Positions 9,412-17,923 of a stretch of DNA of 64,000 nucleotides are shown here, piece by piece. Below the pieces are notes generated by a model, which worked only from the letters and a program-made list of their open reading frames with translations, was not told the DNA's origin and made no database searches. The stretch covers positions 21,545 through 85,544 of the forward strand of contig JBDRJV010000018.1 of the NCBI GenBank assembly GCA_043814605.1. The letters run 5' to 3'. This stretch comes from Candidatus Omnitrophota bacterium (GTDB taxonomy: Bacteria > Omnitrophota > Gorgyraeia > B26-G9). Each line of letters starts with the position of its first letter. Within the stretch, counting starts at the first letter, position 1. A program made the translations under genes and the position numbers.

Positions 9412-10561
9412 AATTATTTTGAAATTTTTTGGTATAAATAACTGCCTGAGAATAATCAGGATTAGGGGGTACTGGATTTTTGATTTTTTTGGTCGTCTTA
9501 TCTTTGGATTATTTAAATCCTTGAGGATTCTAAAACCGGATAAAATATTTAATAAAGATAAAGTTAAGAAAATACTTTTGATTCGTATCGACCGTCTGGG
9601 AGATTTAATACTGACTACGCCGGCAATAAAGGCAGTGCGTAACGAATTTAAACAGGCTCAAGTTCATTTGCTGGTTAACGAATATGCTCAAGATTTAGTG
9701 GTTAATAATCCTAACATAGATAGGCTGTTAATTTATAAAAAAAATTTAAAATTAGAAGAAGGTTATGATTTAGCAGTTTGCTTTCATCGCGGGTATTTAC
9801 CCAATAAAATTGCTTTTAAATCTCAAGCTGTTTGGCGGGTTGGGTTTTCTGGTGCGGGGGGAAGTTTTTTCCTCACCCATGTTCTTTTTGATGATCGTTT
9901 GAAGCGGGCGAGGCATGAAGTGGAATTTTCTTTGGAAGCAGCACAAATAATTGGTGCGGATTTAAAAGATAAAAAGGATAAAAAGCTCGAAATTTCCATA
10001 ACTCAAGCCGGAGAAGAATTCGCGGATAAATTTTATCAGGACAATAAAATATCACGTGATGATTTAGTGATTATTATGCATCCGGGAGCCAGACAGGAAT
10101 ATATTCGCTGGAAAAAACAAGGGTTTGCGGCTGTTGCCGATGAATTAATCAGCCAATATCAGGCTAAGGTTATTATGACTGGGTCAAAAAGTGAACAGGC
10201 ATTACTTTTGCAGATCAAGAATTTAATGAAGTACCCGGCAATAATCACCCCGGGAATAAAGCTGACGGAACTAGTTTCGATTATGGACCGGGGAAATTTA
10301 TATATCGGTAATATTACTGGCCCCATGCATATTGCCTGTGCTTTAGATTTACCAGTTGTTGCGATAACTGGTATGACCGGATCTTTAGATGATACCCGGT
10401 ATTGGGGGCCAAGGTGTAGTGATTTTGAAATTGTATCTAAGGATATGGGGTGTAAAAAATGTGTTCCGGGAGATTGTAAAACTTTTGAATGTATACAGAG
10501 TATTTCTGTAGAAGATGTGATGGATGCTACTTTAAGGATAATTAAACGACATGCAGCGTGA
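9344..10561 (+). CDS. ADP-heptose:LPS heptosyltransferase family (GT9); start uncertain
   Basis: KKILLIRIDRLGDLILTTPAIKAVR and GPMHIACALDLPVVAITG are GT9 (RfaC/RfaF-like) hallmarks. An unusual ~70-aa N-terminal extension overlaps the upstream gene. Confidence 0.7.
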   Translation: MQLKTQNKSKIFMMSLLVREKIKIILKFFGINNCLRIIRIRGYWIFDFFGRLIFGLFKSLRILKPDKIFNKDKVKKILLIRIDRLGDLILTTPAIKAVRNEFKQAQVHLLVNEYAQDLVVNNPNIDRLLIYKKNLKLEEGYDLAVCFHRGYLPNKIAFKSQAVWRVGFSGAGGSFFLTHVLFDDRLKRARHEVEFSLEAAQIIGADLKDKKDKKLEISITQAGEEFADKFYQDNKISRDDLVIIMHPGARQEYIRWKKQGFAAVADELISQYQAKVIMTGSKSEQALLLQIKNLMKYPAIITPGIKLTELVSIMDRGNLYIGNITGPMHIACALDLPVVAITGMTGSLDDTRYWGPRCSDFEIVSKDMGCKKCVPGDCKTFECIQSISVEDVMDATLRIIKRHAA

Positions 10562-11267
10562 GATTAATGCCCAAGTTTATGATCAGAATGTACTGCTGGA
10601 AGGAATTCAAACCCAGATTGATAATTATTACGAGCCAAAATCGCTAGCGCAGCAAAGGCGGATCAAGATTGTTATGAGTGTATTGGCAGCTCAGGCAGAG
10701 GAAAAGATTTTGGATATTGGTTCCGGGGTCGGGACTTTTGCTTATGCGGGTGCAAAATGTAAAGCTGTGGTTTTTGGCATTGATTATTCGCATGAATCCA
10801 TGAAAGTAGCAACATTGCTAGCGGATAAATTTAATACAAAAAATAAAAGTTTTTTTATAACTGCCAGTGCTTTGGCTTTACCGTATCAAAATGCTTGTTT
10901 TGATAAAATTGTCTGTGCGGATTTTATTGAGCATATTACTGATACAGAAAAAAATAAACTTTTAACGGAAATTTACCGGGTACTCAAACCATCCGGTATG
11001 GGAGTGATTTTTACGCCAAATTTAATTCGGGAAAAAATTGGCAAAATATATCATAGGATTAGAAACTTACTTTTTAAGACAAGGATTCCGGAGACAGATT
11101 TGCATTTTGGTTTAATTACGAAATCTTGTTTTGATGTTATGTTAAAAAATAACGGATTTAATTTTGATTTTTTTTATGCAGATACAACCAGGCCTTATTT
11201 AGCAAAAATTCCTTTTTTAAATAATTTTTTAGCTTTAAATTTAATATGGATAATCAGGAAAAAGTAA
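10551..11267 (+). CDS. Class I SAM-dependent methyltransferase
   Basis: Motif I ILDIGSGVGTFA. Methyltransf_11-like spacing to motif II (KIVCADFIEH). Confidence 0.7.
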   Translation: MQREINAQVYDQNVLLEGIQTQIDNYYEPKSLAQQRRIKIVMSVLAAQAEEKILDIGSGVGTFAYAGAKCKAVVFGIDYSHESMKVATLLADKFNTKNKSFFITASALALPYQNACFDKIVCADFIEHITDTEKNKLLTEIYRVLKPSGMGVIFTPNLIREKIGKIYHRIRNLLFKTRIPETDLHFGLITKSCFDVMLKNNGFNFDFFYADTTRPYLAKIPFLNNFLALNLIWIIRKK

Positions 11268-12340
11268 ATTATAAAAAAATATTAATTGTTAATTTAGCCG
11301 GAATCGGAGATATCCTGCTTTGCACTCCGGCGTTACGGGCTTTACAAGCAGATTATCCTAAAGCGGAAATATCTTTTTTAACTACAGAAAAAGTGTATGA
11401 GGTGGTAAAAGACCTGCCTTATTTACACCGTATTTATGTTTTTAGTCTGTCTTATGGAGGAAAATTTATTTTTTTTAATTTACTGCGTCATTTTTATATT
11501 TTGTTTAAACTAAGAAGAGAAAAGTTTGATTTGGCGATAAATATGAGAACATTGGTTAGTGACCAGGGAGCAAAAAAAATAAAATTTTTATTTAAAATAA
11601 TAAATGCGAAAAAAACTTTAGGCCGTAATACTGAAGGACGAGGGAGCTTTTTTAATATAAAAATTCCGGAAACACAAAATGGCCAAAAATATGAATTAGA
11701 ATATGATATTGATACAGTGGGGGCGTTAGGCGTTAAAGTAAAAGATAAAACTATTGATTTTATTATTGAGGAGCGTGATGAGAATAATATTAATCGTTTG
11801 CTTTCCGGCAAAGAATTATCTCCGGATGATCTCTTGATCGGCATTCATCCCGGAGGTATGCCCAGCCGGCGTTGGCCAATTGAAAATTTTAGAAAAATTA
11901 TTGAACTGGTTTATAAAAAAACAAAATGTAAATTTGTGATTACCGGTTCAATGCCGGAAAAAAATCTAGCGGACAGGTTAGTAAATGAATTCCCGGATTA
12001 TGCAATTTCGTTTATTGATAAATTATCCATCAAGGAATTAGGGGCATTAATTAAAAAATGCCGGGTATTTATCAGTAATGATACTGGCCCCATGCACATT
12101 GCGGCAATTCTGGGTGTTCCGTTAATCGCTTTATTCGGGCCAGGGGATATTACGCGTTTTGATCCCAGAAATATTAGCAAAAAAGTAAAAGTGTTTTATG
12201 AAAAAGTTGCTTGTGCTCCGTGTGAAAAAGTTGATTGTGACGATTTAAAATGCATGCAGCGGATTAGGCCGGAAGAGGTGGTCCAGGCAATATGGGAGTT
12301 TCTAATTGCTAATCATATACAGGTAAATCAAGAAGGATGA
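11246..12340 (+). CDS. ADP-heptose:LPS heptosyltransferase family (GT9)
   Basis: KILIVNLAGIGDILLCTPALRALQ at the N-terminus, and TGPMHIAAILGVPLIALFGP. Confidence 0.75.
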   Translation: MDNQEKVNYKKILIVNLAGIGDILLCTPALRALQADYPKAEISFLTTEKVYEVVKDLPYLHRIYVFSLSYGGKFIFFNLLRHFYILFKLRREKFDLAINMRTLVSDQGAKKIKFLFKIINAKKTLGRNTEGRGSFFNIKIPETQNGQKYELEYDIDTVGALGVKVKDKTIDFIIEERDENNINRLLSGKELSPDDLLIGIHPGGMPSRRWPIENFRKIIELVYKKTKCKFVITGSMPEKNLADRLVNEFPDYAISFIDKLSIKELGALIKKCRVFISNDTGPMHIAAILGVPLIALFGPGDITRFDPRNISKKVKVFYEKVACAPCEKVDCDDLKCMQRIRPEEVVQAIWEFLIANHIQVNQEG

Positions 12341-13017
12341 TTAAGAAAATTTATTATTTTTTGCACAAAATGCTTTCAAAGAAAAACGAACGCGGTGAAT
12401 ATTCTGCCGGAGTCTGGCAGCATACAGTGCGGGAGCAGGTTATTGCATTATGCGCCCAGAGTACAGGTAAATTGCTGGAAGTAGGCTGCGGGGAAGGGTT
12501 GCTACTGAGTGAAATAGCCAAATTAAATCATAACCTTGAAATTCACGGCATAGATATCTGGGATGAGATATTGGAAAGAGCCCAAGAGAGATTTAAAGCT
12601 GGTAATATTCAAGGGGTAAAATTACAGCAAGCGGATGCAGCAAAATTACCTTATGCCGATAGATATTTTGATGTGGTTATTTGCATAAATGTTTTTTTTA
12701 ATTTGCCCAGCGATACAATATTCCGGGCTAGTTTAAAAGAAATATCCCGTGTGTGTAAAGAAAATGCAATTTTTATTTTTGATATTCGCAATTGCCTGAA
12801 TCCATTGCTTTATTTTAAATATAAATTAGCCCGTTTTTATGATGAAACCGTAGCAAATTTACCTTTAAGGACTTATAATTTTTCTAAAGTGCAAAAAAAT
12901 TTAGCGGAAAATGGATTCTCAATCTTAAAAAAAATAAATATTGGTTTTCCGCGCAATCAATTTTCGCCGATTTTTGTTATTAAAGCTAAGAAAGAGAAAA
13001 ACAAGGTAATCGTATGA
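12337..13017 (+). CDS. Class I SAM-dependent methyltransferase
   Basis: LLEVGCGEGLLLSEI motif I. ATGA overlap with the upstream gene. Confidence 0.7.
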   Translation: MIKKIYYFLHKMLSKKNERGEYSAGVWQHTVREQVIALCAQSTGKLLEVGCGEGLLLSEIAKLNHNLEIHGIDIWDEILERAQERFKAGNIQGVKLQQADAAKLPYADRYFDVVICINVFFNLPSDTIFRASLKEISRVCKENAIFIFDIRNCLNPLLYFKYKLARFYDETVANLPLRTYNFSKVQKNLAENGFSILKKINIGFPRNQFSPIFVIKAKKEKNKVIV

Positions 13018-14192
13018 TCTCAAAAATTCCCATTAGTGCTTCAAAGATATCTTTATTAAATATCATATCTGCTTTTCCGAGTATTTGGGGCGATAAAGAG
13101 GCACAAGAGGAATTTAAAGAAACAATCGGGCTGCAGGTTTATCAGCCGCAAGTAATTTTACTCAATTCCGGATTAGCCGCGCTTTATGTGATTTTACTCG
13201 CGATTAAAAAAAACAGCTCGAAAACAGAAGTTATTTTACCGGCTTATACTGCGGGTTCTTTGATTGTGGCGATTAAAAAGGCCGGTTTAAAGCCAGTGCT
13301 TTGTGATATCTCACCGCAAACTTTTAATTTGGATAGTGCTTTGCTGGATAAATTAGTTTGCCACAAAACTCTTTGTATTATTGGAGTGCATATGTTTGGC
13401 GTGGTTATGCCGGAAATAAAAGAATTAAAGCAGAAATTTCCGGATGTTTATATTTTAGAAGATGCCTGTCAGAGTTACGGGGCCGAATTTGAATTCCGCC
13501 GTGTAGGCTGGGCTGGGGATATCAGTTTTTTTAGTTTTAACCGAGGTAAAAATACCACATCTTTTGGCGGCGGCGCGATTGCTACGGGAAATGATGAGGT
13601 TTATCAAAAATTACTCAGACAAATAGAAGACATTAAAAAACCGAGTGTATTTGCGCGAATAAAAATTTGGGTTAAAATGATCGTTTTGTTTTGTGTTTTA
13701 AATAAATGGGTGTATGGATTTTTGTTTGGTTTTATTTCCCAGTTTAAGGAAAACAAGCCTCCGGTTGATATACAGGTATCTAAGTTTACAGAAGTACAGG
13801 CTAAAATAGGAATGTTTGCTTTGGAAAATTGTAATAACTCCAGTGGCCAAAGGTTGAATAACGGTATGAAAATTATTAAAGCTTGTTCTGATATAAAAGA
13901 TATAATCTTGCCTAAAATCGAACCTAAAACCAAACCGGCATTTAATCGTTTACCGATTGTATTTAGCAATCCAGTTAAAAGAGAGCAGGTAGAAAAAGCT
14001 TTAGCTGCAGAAGGCATAGAAACTTCACGAATGTATTTAAAGCCGTTGCATCTGATGTTTGATTTAGGTTATAAAAAAGGCGACTTTCCGCAAGCAGAAT
14101 ATCTGGCGGATAACTTATTGACCCTGCCGACCCATCCGTTAATGACTGATTCGGATATTGACTACATAATAGATGTAATTAAAAAAGCTTAA
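13014..14192 (+). CDS. DegT/DnrJ/EryC1/StrS-family (sugar) aminotransferase-like protein
   Basis: HMFGVVMPEIKELKQKFPDVYILEDACQSYGAEF...DISFFSFNRGKNTTSFGGGAI matches the DegT-family core (EDxAQxxG ... SFxxxK). Confidence 0.55.
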   Translation: MISKIPISASKISLLNIISAFPSIWGDKEAQEEFKETIGLQVYQPQVILLNSGLAALYVILLAIKKNSSKTEVILPAYTAGSLIVAIKKAGLKPVLCDISPQTFNLDSALLDKLVCHKTLCIIGVHMFGVVMPEIKELKQKFPDVYILEDACQSYGAEFEFRRVGWAGDISFFSFNRGKNTTSFGGGAIATGNDEVYQKLLRQIEDIKKPSVFARIKIWVKMIVLFCVLNKWVYGFLFGFISQFKENKPPVDIQVSKFTEVQAKIGMFALENCNNSSGQRLNNGMKIIKACSDIKDIILPKIEPKTKPAFNRLPIVFSNPVKREQVEKALAAEGIETSRMYLKPLHLMFDLGYKKGDFPQAEYLADNLLTLPTHPLMTDSDIDYIIDVIKKA

Positions 14193-14205
14193 ATCTATAA
14201 AAACA

Positions 14206-14345
14206 CTAAATCCGAAATCCTAAATCCTAAACAAATCTCAAACTCAACACCCTAAAATAACAACCGATTAACCATTAAATTGAAGATGCTTTAAGTTTTT
14301 AATTTTGGATTTAGAATTTATTTATAGTTTAGTATTTAGGATTTT
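14206..14345. repeat. Long imperfect palindrome built from 'CTAAATCC' units between convergent genes; a direct copy of the unit array lies at 16031-16054
   Basis: Left arm CTAAATCCGAAATCCTAAATCCTAAAC. Right arm (reverse complement) GGATTTAGAAT...TAGTATTTAGGATTTT. Second site TTGATTCTAAATCCTAAATCCAAG on the other side of the - strand ABC transporter pair. Confidence 0.5.
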
Positions 14346-14394
14346 ACGTAACACATGGTGTCTGTAGTCTGTTGTCTATTGTCTGTGGTCTGTA

Positions 14395-15249
14395 TTAGTA
14401 TTGTCCCAGCGTTCCATTTTTCCGGGCATGATTTAAAGCCGCGTTAAAGATTTTTAAACTTAAGGGGACTAAAATGAGAGAAAATATTAAAAGGAACAAT
14501 AATTCTTTTTTTAGTTGCGATAAAGCGTAGCCTTGGTAAACAGCAAGCTGCATAGCGCGTATGGCATGGGTGATGGGAAAACAACGGGCAATAAATTGTA
14601 AAAAAGCAGGCATAACCGTAATGGGAAAATAAACCCCGGCGATTAATCCTTCCAGCGTATTTATAACCCAGGCGATAGGGTTGCCGCGTTTAAAAATGAT
14701 TGTAAATGCAGCAGAGATTATGCCTAAACTACTTAAGGATAAGATACTTAATATTAAAATTAAGCAAGAGGTAAGTATATTTATTTTGGAAAAATCAATT
14801 TTAAATAATAAAACTCCCAGTCCGAAGTAAATTACCACATTAAAAGTTGCAAATACTAAATTCCAAAGCCCCATACTCAAGATAAGTATATTAGTTTTAG
14901 TCGGAGTGAGTAACAGTGATTCTAAAGTGCCTTGCATTTGTTCGGAGCGGATTTTATGAGAAAAAGAACTAATCCCTACACCGATATAACTAAAAAAAGC
15001 CAGTCCTAAAAGAACATAAGAGAAATAATTAACCCCAAACTCCTGCAAATGCGGGCTAAGTTTTGATCCGAAGAGCTTATCAATAAAATAGTAAATCAAA
15101 AGGCTGGTGCAAATACTAAAAATATTTAAAATAAAAGCCAATCGATAACTTGTTTCAATCAAAAAATCCTTTTTAATTATGGCAATAATTTTTCTAATCA
15201 CGGGTAATAACCTTTTTATATACTTGCAGTAAAGATTTTGAAATTGCAT
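14395..15249 (-). CDS. ABC-2 type polysaccharide export permease (Wzm/TagG/KpsM family)
   Basis: 284-aa polytopic membrane protein adjacent to and overlapping the ATPase gene. Six predicted TM segments, typical of the ABC-2 family. Confidence 0.65.
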   Translation of the reverse strand: MQFQNLYCKYIKRLLPVIRKIIAIIKKDFLIETSYRLAFILNIFSICTSLLIYYFIDKLFGSKLSPHLQEFGVNYFSYVLLGLAFFSYIGVGISSFSHKIRSEQMQGTLESLLLTPTKTNILILSMGLWNLVFATFNVVIYFGLGVLLFKIDFSKINILTSCLILILSILSLSSLGIISAAFTIIFKRGNPIAWVINTLEGLIAGVYFPITVMPAFLQFIARCFPITHAIRAMQLAVYQGYALSQLKKELLFLLIFSLILVPLSLKIFNAALNHARKNGTLGQY

Positions 15250-15982
15250 TAAAACTTGCTCTTAATTCCTCGGCTGATCCTTGTGCTTTAATTTTTCCTT
15301 GATCTAAGATTAAAAATTTATTACAAATTTTTTCTGCTTCTTCAATATTATGAGTTGCTAAAATTATCGTTATTCCTTGGGTGCTTAATTGTCGGATAAA
15401 ATTTTTTAATTCCACAATTGAATCGTAATCTAAACTTTTTAATGGCTCGTCTAAGAACAGGACTGGGGGCTTATTTAACAGAGCGCGAATCAGAGAAAAT
15501 TTTCTTTTCATGCCGGCAGAATAACTATCAAATCGCTTGTGGGCATAATCAACTCTAAAAAGAGAGGTTAATTCAAAAATTCTAGATTTAGTTTGCTGAT
15601 GGTTCAATCCGTAGAGAGCACTGAAAAATTTCAAGTTTTGTTCTCCGGTAAGCCGCCAATAAAAGCTTCTTTCATCTGCACAAACTAGTCCGATGAGAGA
15701 CTTAATTTTTTGATCATCACGGCCAATAATCAGATCATTAATCTTAGCTTGGCCTGAATCCGGCAGGATTAAAGTTGAGAGGATCTTAAGCAATGTGGTT
15801 TTTCCTGCGCCGTTAGGGCCGATTATGCCTAAAATTTCGCCTTTAGATAATGAAAAACTGATATTATCCAAGACCTTATTCGGAAAAGATTTTTGGCCGG
15901 AGAATGATTTTATTAAGTTTTGAGTGTAAACAATTGTTTTATGCATTAACGATAAGGTAACAAATAACTTAAGGAGAGTCAA
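15194..15982 (-). CDS. ABC transporter ATP-binding protein (Wzt/TagH/KpsT-like, no C-terminal carbohydrate-binding domain)
   Basis: Walker A GPNGAGKTT, signature YSAGMKRKFSL, Walker B VLFLDEP, H-loop ATHN. Confidence 0.8.
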   Translation of the reverse strand: MTLLKLFVTLSLMHKTIVYTQNLIKSFSGQKSFPNKVLDNISFSLSKGEILGIIGPNGAGKTTLLKILSTLILPDSGQAKINDLIIGRDDQKIKSLIGLVCADERSFYWRLTGEQNLKFFSALYGLNHQQTKSRIFELTSLFRVDYAHKRFDSYSAGMKRKFSLIRALLNKPPVLFLDEPLKSLDYDSIVELKNFIRQLSTQGITIILATHNIEEAEKICNKFLILDQGKIKAQGSAEELRASFNAISKSLLQVYKKVITRD

Positions 15983-16066
15983 GAAATAACAGGTTAGGAA
16001 ATTAGTTGGGTGATGCTAGATGCTGGAACCTTGATTCTAAATCCTAAATCCAAGAATAGGCCTTAA

Positions 16067-16262
16067 GTGACACTTTTTTTAATTTAAATATTTTTTATCC
16101 TAAAACATTTTGGATTTTTGCATATAGTGTCTCGTATTTTTTCGCACCGGAACACTCGTTGGGCGATCCGTGTTCGCTCTTGAGGCGATATTTACTTTTT
16201 TAACCTCAAACCATGCCCGCTCACACTACTCAACGTCCGGTTTTGAATAAATATTCGCCATA
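16067..16262 (+). repeat. Copy A of a duplicated ~200-nt intergenic element (copy B at 25325-25527), with a promoter-like -35/-10
   Basis: Shared blocks: GACACTTTTTT, AATTTAAAT, CTCGTTGGG...CGATCCGTGTTCGCTCTTGA, and CCTCAAACCATGCCCGCTCA.ACT.CTCAACGTCCGG.TTTGAATAAATA. Upstream (G/T)TGACA is followed 16-17 nt later by a TAtttt/TAAATT -10-like box. Confidence 0.6.
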
Positions 16263-16466
16263 GTTACCTAACAGTTATGCGCTATTTTGTTTTTAGCTTT
16301 TTAACTCGTCACTGATAATTTATAACTATTAATTTTATTGGTATGAATTATCAGCTATCATCTAGTTACTGTATGATGGTCTATTATCTCTTGTCAATTA
16401 ATTAAGAAACGTGTTAAAATAATAACCATTAAATAAAGATTTTTTTAAAAAATAAGGGGGAAATTA

Positions 16467-17861
16467 ATGAAAAATTACAAATTAATAAGTTTTTTATTGG
16501 TTTTAGTTTTCGTGTTTGGTTTTGGGATAGTATCTTTGCTTGCGCAAGTTGCCGATAACCTTACACAAACTGATCTTGCCGGGGAGTTGTTTAGCACTCC
16601 TGTGCCAATGAATAATTATTATTTTGCTAAACAGGCAGTAGTAACCTTTGGGGCTAAGTGGAGGGGGATACCGCAAACCCGTGAAGAACTTGAGGATATG
16701 GTTTGGCAGGAATTAGTTTTTTCTTTTGAGGCCTATCGCCGGGCGATTGAAGCAAGTGAGGATGAGGTAGATGCAGAAATCGAGAAGATCTTAACCGCGA
16801 ATAAAGTTGATTTTAGCTGGCGTACAGATAAAGAAAAATTTCAGAATTGGACAAAAGATACACTCAGATGTACAATTGAAAGTTTTAAGAATCAAATGGC
16901 GCATCTTGTTAAACTAGAAAAACTGAGAAATGAAGTTCTGGACAGTATCAATCCGGAAGTTACAGAAGAAGAGGCATATCAAAAATTTTTAAATGAATAC
17001 AATACTTTACTTGTAGAATTAAGAGAATTTGTGGATATTGATGAAGCTGAAAAATTTTATCAAGCTGCGCTTAAAGAAGTTACGGAAAAAGATCAAGAAC
17101 AATTAATTTGGCAGGATTTAATATATAGCGATGAGGTTTTTAAGCGTAAAATCGAAATTAGCGATGAAGAATTTGATAAAACCATTTCGTTTCTTTTGAG
17201 AGATAAAGAAGCACGTTTTAAATGGCAAGAAGATGCAGAAACTTACACCGCCTGGGTAAAAGAAAATTTTGATTTAAGCTTAGATGATTTTCAAATTTTA
17301 ATTTTGCAGCTTAGAACCGTGGACAAACTAATAGAAGAAATTTTTCTGGGCAATCAGCCACAGGTAGAGATAAGTCAATATCAAAACCTTTTAGATGAAT
17401 CAATCTCTATTAATCAAGCATATGAAAGATTTATTGAAGAAAGACAGGTGCCGGATCAAAATATTTTCAAATTTAAAACATTTAATGAAGCCGAAGATTT
17501 TTATGAAAAAATTAATCGGGTAGCTGGATTTTGGGAAGAAGAAAAGAGAAAACAACCTAAAGAATTTAAGCAGCCAGGGTTTACAGCTTTAGATTTTTTA
17601 ATTAATATGTGGGGTTTTCGCCAAGTCGATGCCGATAAAATGATAGATAAAGAGATTGGCAGCTATTATCCTCCGGCACCGATATATAAAGGGTATGGGG
17701 TGTTTAAAATCCTAAAAATCAGAAAAGCTGATAAATCAGAATATCCTGAGCGCAAAGATTCATATTTTGAAAAAATGAAATCTATTAAAAAATATCAGGG
17801 ATTTCAGGATTGGGCAATTGCGCTTAAAGATAAGGCCAATATTAAAGTTTATATTAAATAA
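16467..17861 (+). CDS. Periplasmic SurA/PpiD-like chaperone with a degenerate parvulin-like C-terminus
   Basis: N-terminal signal/anchor (ISFLLVLVFVFGFGIVSLLA), then a long acidic helical region. The C-terminal PIYKGYGVFKILKIRKA resembles the parvulin core. Confidence 0.4.
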   Translation: MKNYKLISFLLVLVFVFGFGIVSLLAQVADNLTQTDLAGELFSTPVPMNNYYFAKQAVVTFGAKWRGIPQTREELEDMVWQELVFSFEAYRRAIEASEDEVDAEIEKILTANKVDFSWRTDKEKFQNWTKDTLRCTIESFKNQMAHLVKLEKLRNEVLDSINPEVTEEEAYQKFLNEYNTLLVELREFVDIDEAEKFYQAALKEVTEKDQEQLIWQDLIYSDEVFKRKIEISDEEFDKTISFLLRDKEARFKWQEDAETYTAWVKENFDLSLDDFQILILQLRTVDKLIEEIFLGNQPQVEISQYQNLLDESISINQAYERFIEERQVPDQNIFKFKTFNEAEDFYEKINRVAGFWEEEKRKQPKEFKQPGFTALDFLINMWGFRQVDADKMIDKEIGSYYPPAPIYKGYGVFKILKIRKADKSEYPERKDSYFEKMKSIKKYQGFQDWAIALKDKANIKVYIK

Positions 17862-17923
17862 AATCCTGTTAAAATTATCGGTTTTCCCGGCTTTAAATAA
17901 TACTTTAACCAAAGTCTTTTTAA

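Noticed and set aside
16270-16466. Short ORFs (11 aa MRYFVFSFLTRH; 19 aa MNYQLSSSYCMMVYYLLSIN) as possible precursor peptides for the rSAM cassette
   Set aside because: No Shine-Dalgarno sequence. They lie upstream of the chaperone gene rather than within the cassette. The sequences are unremarkable, so this is kept only as a remote possibility.
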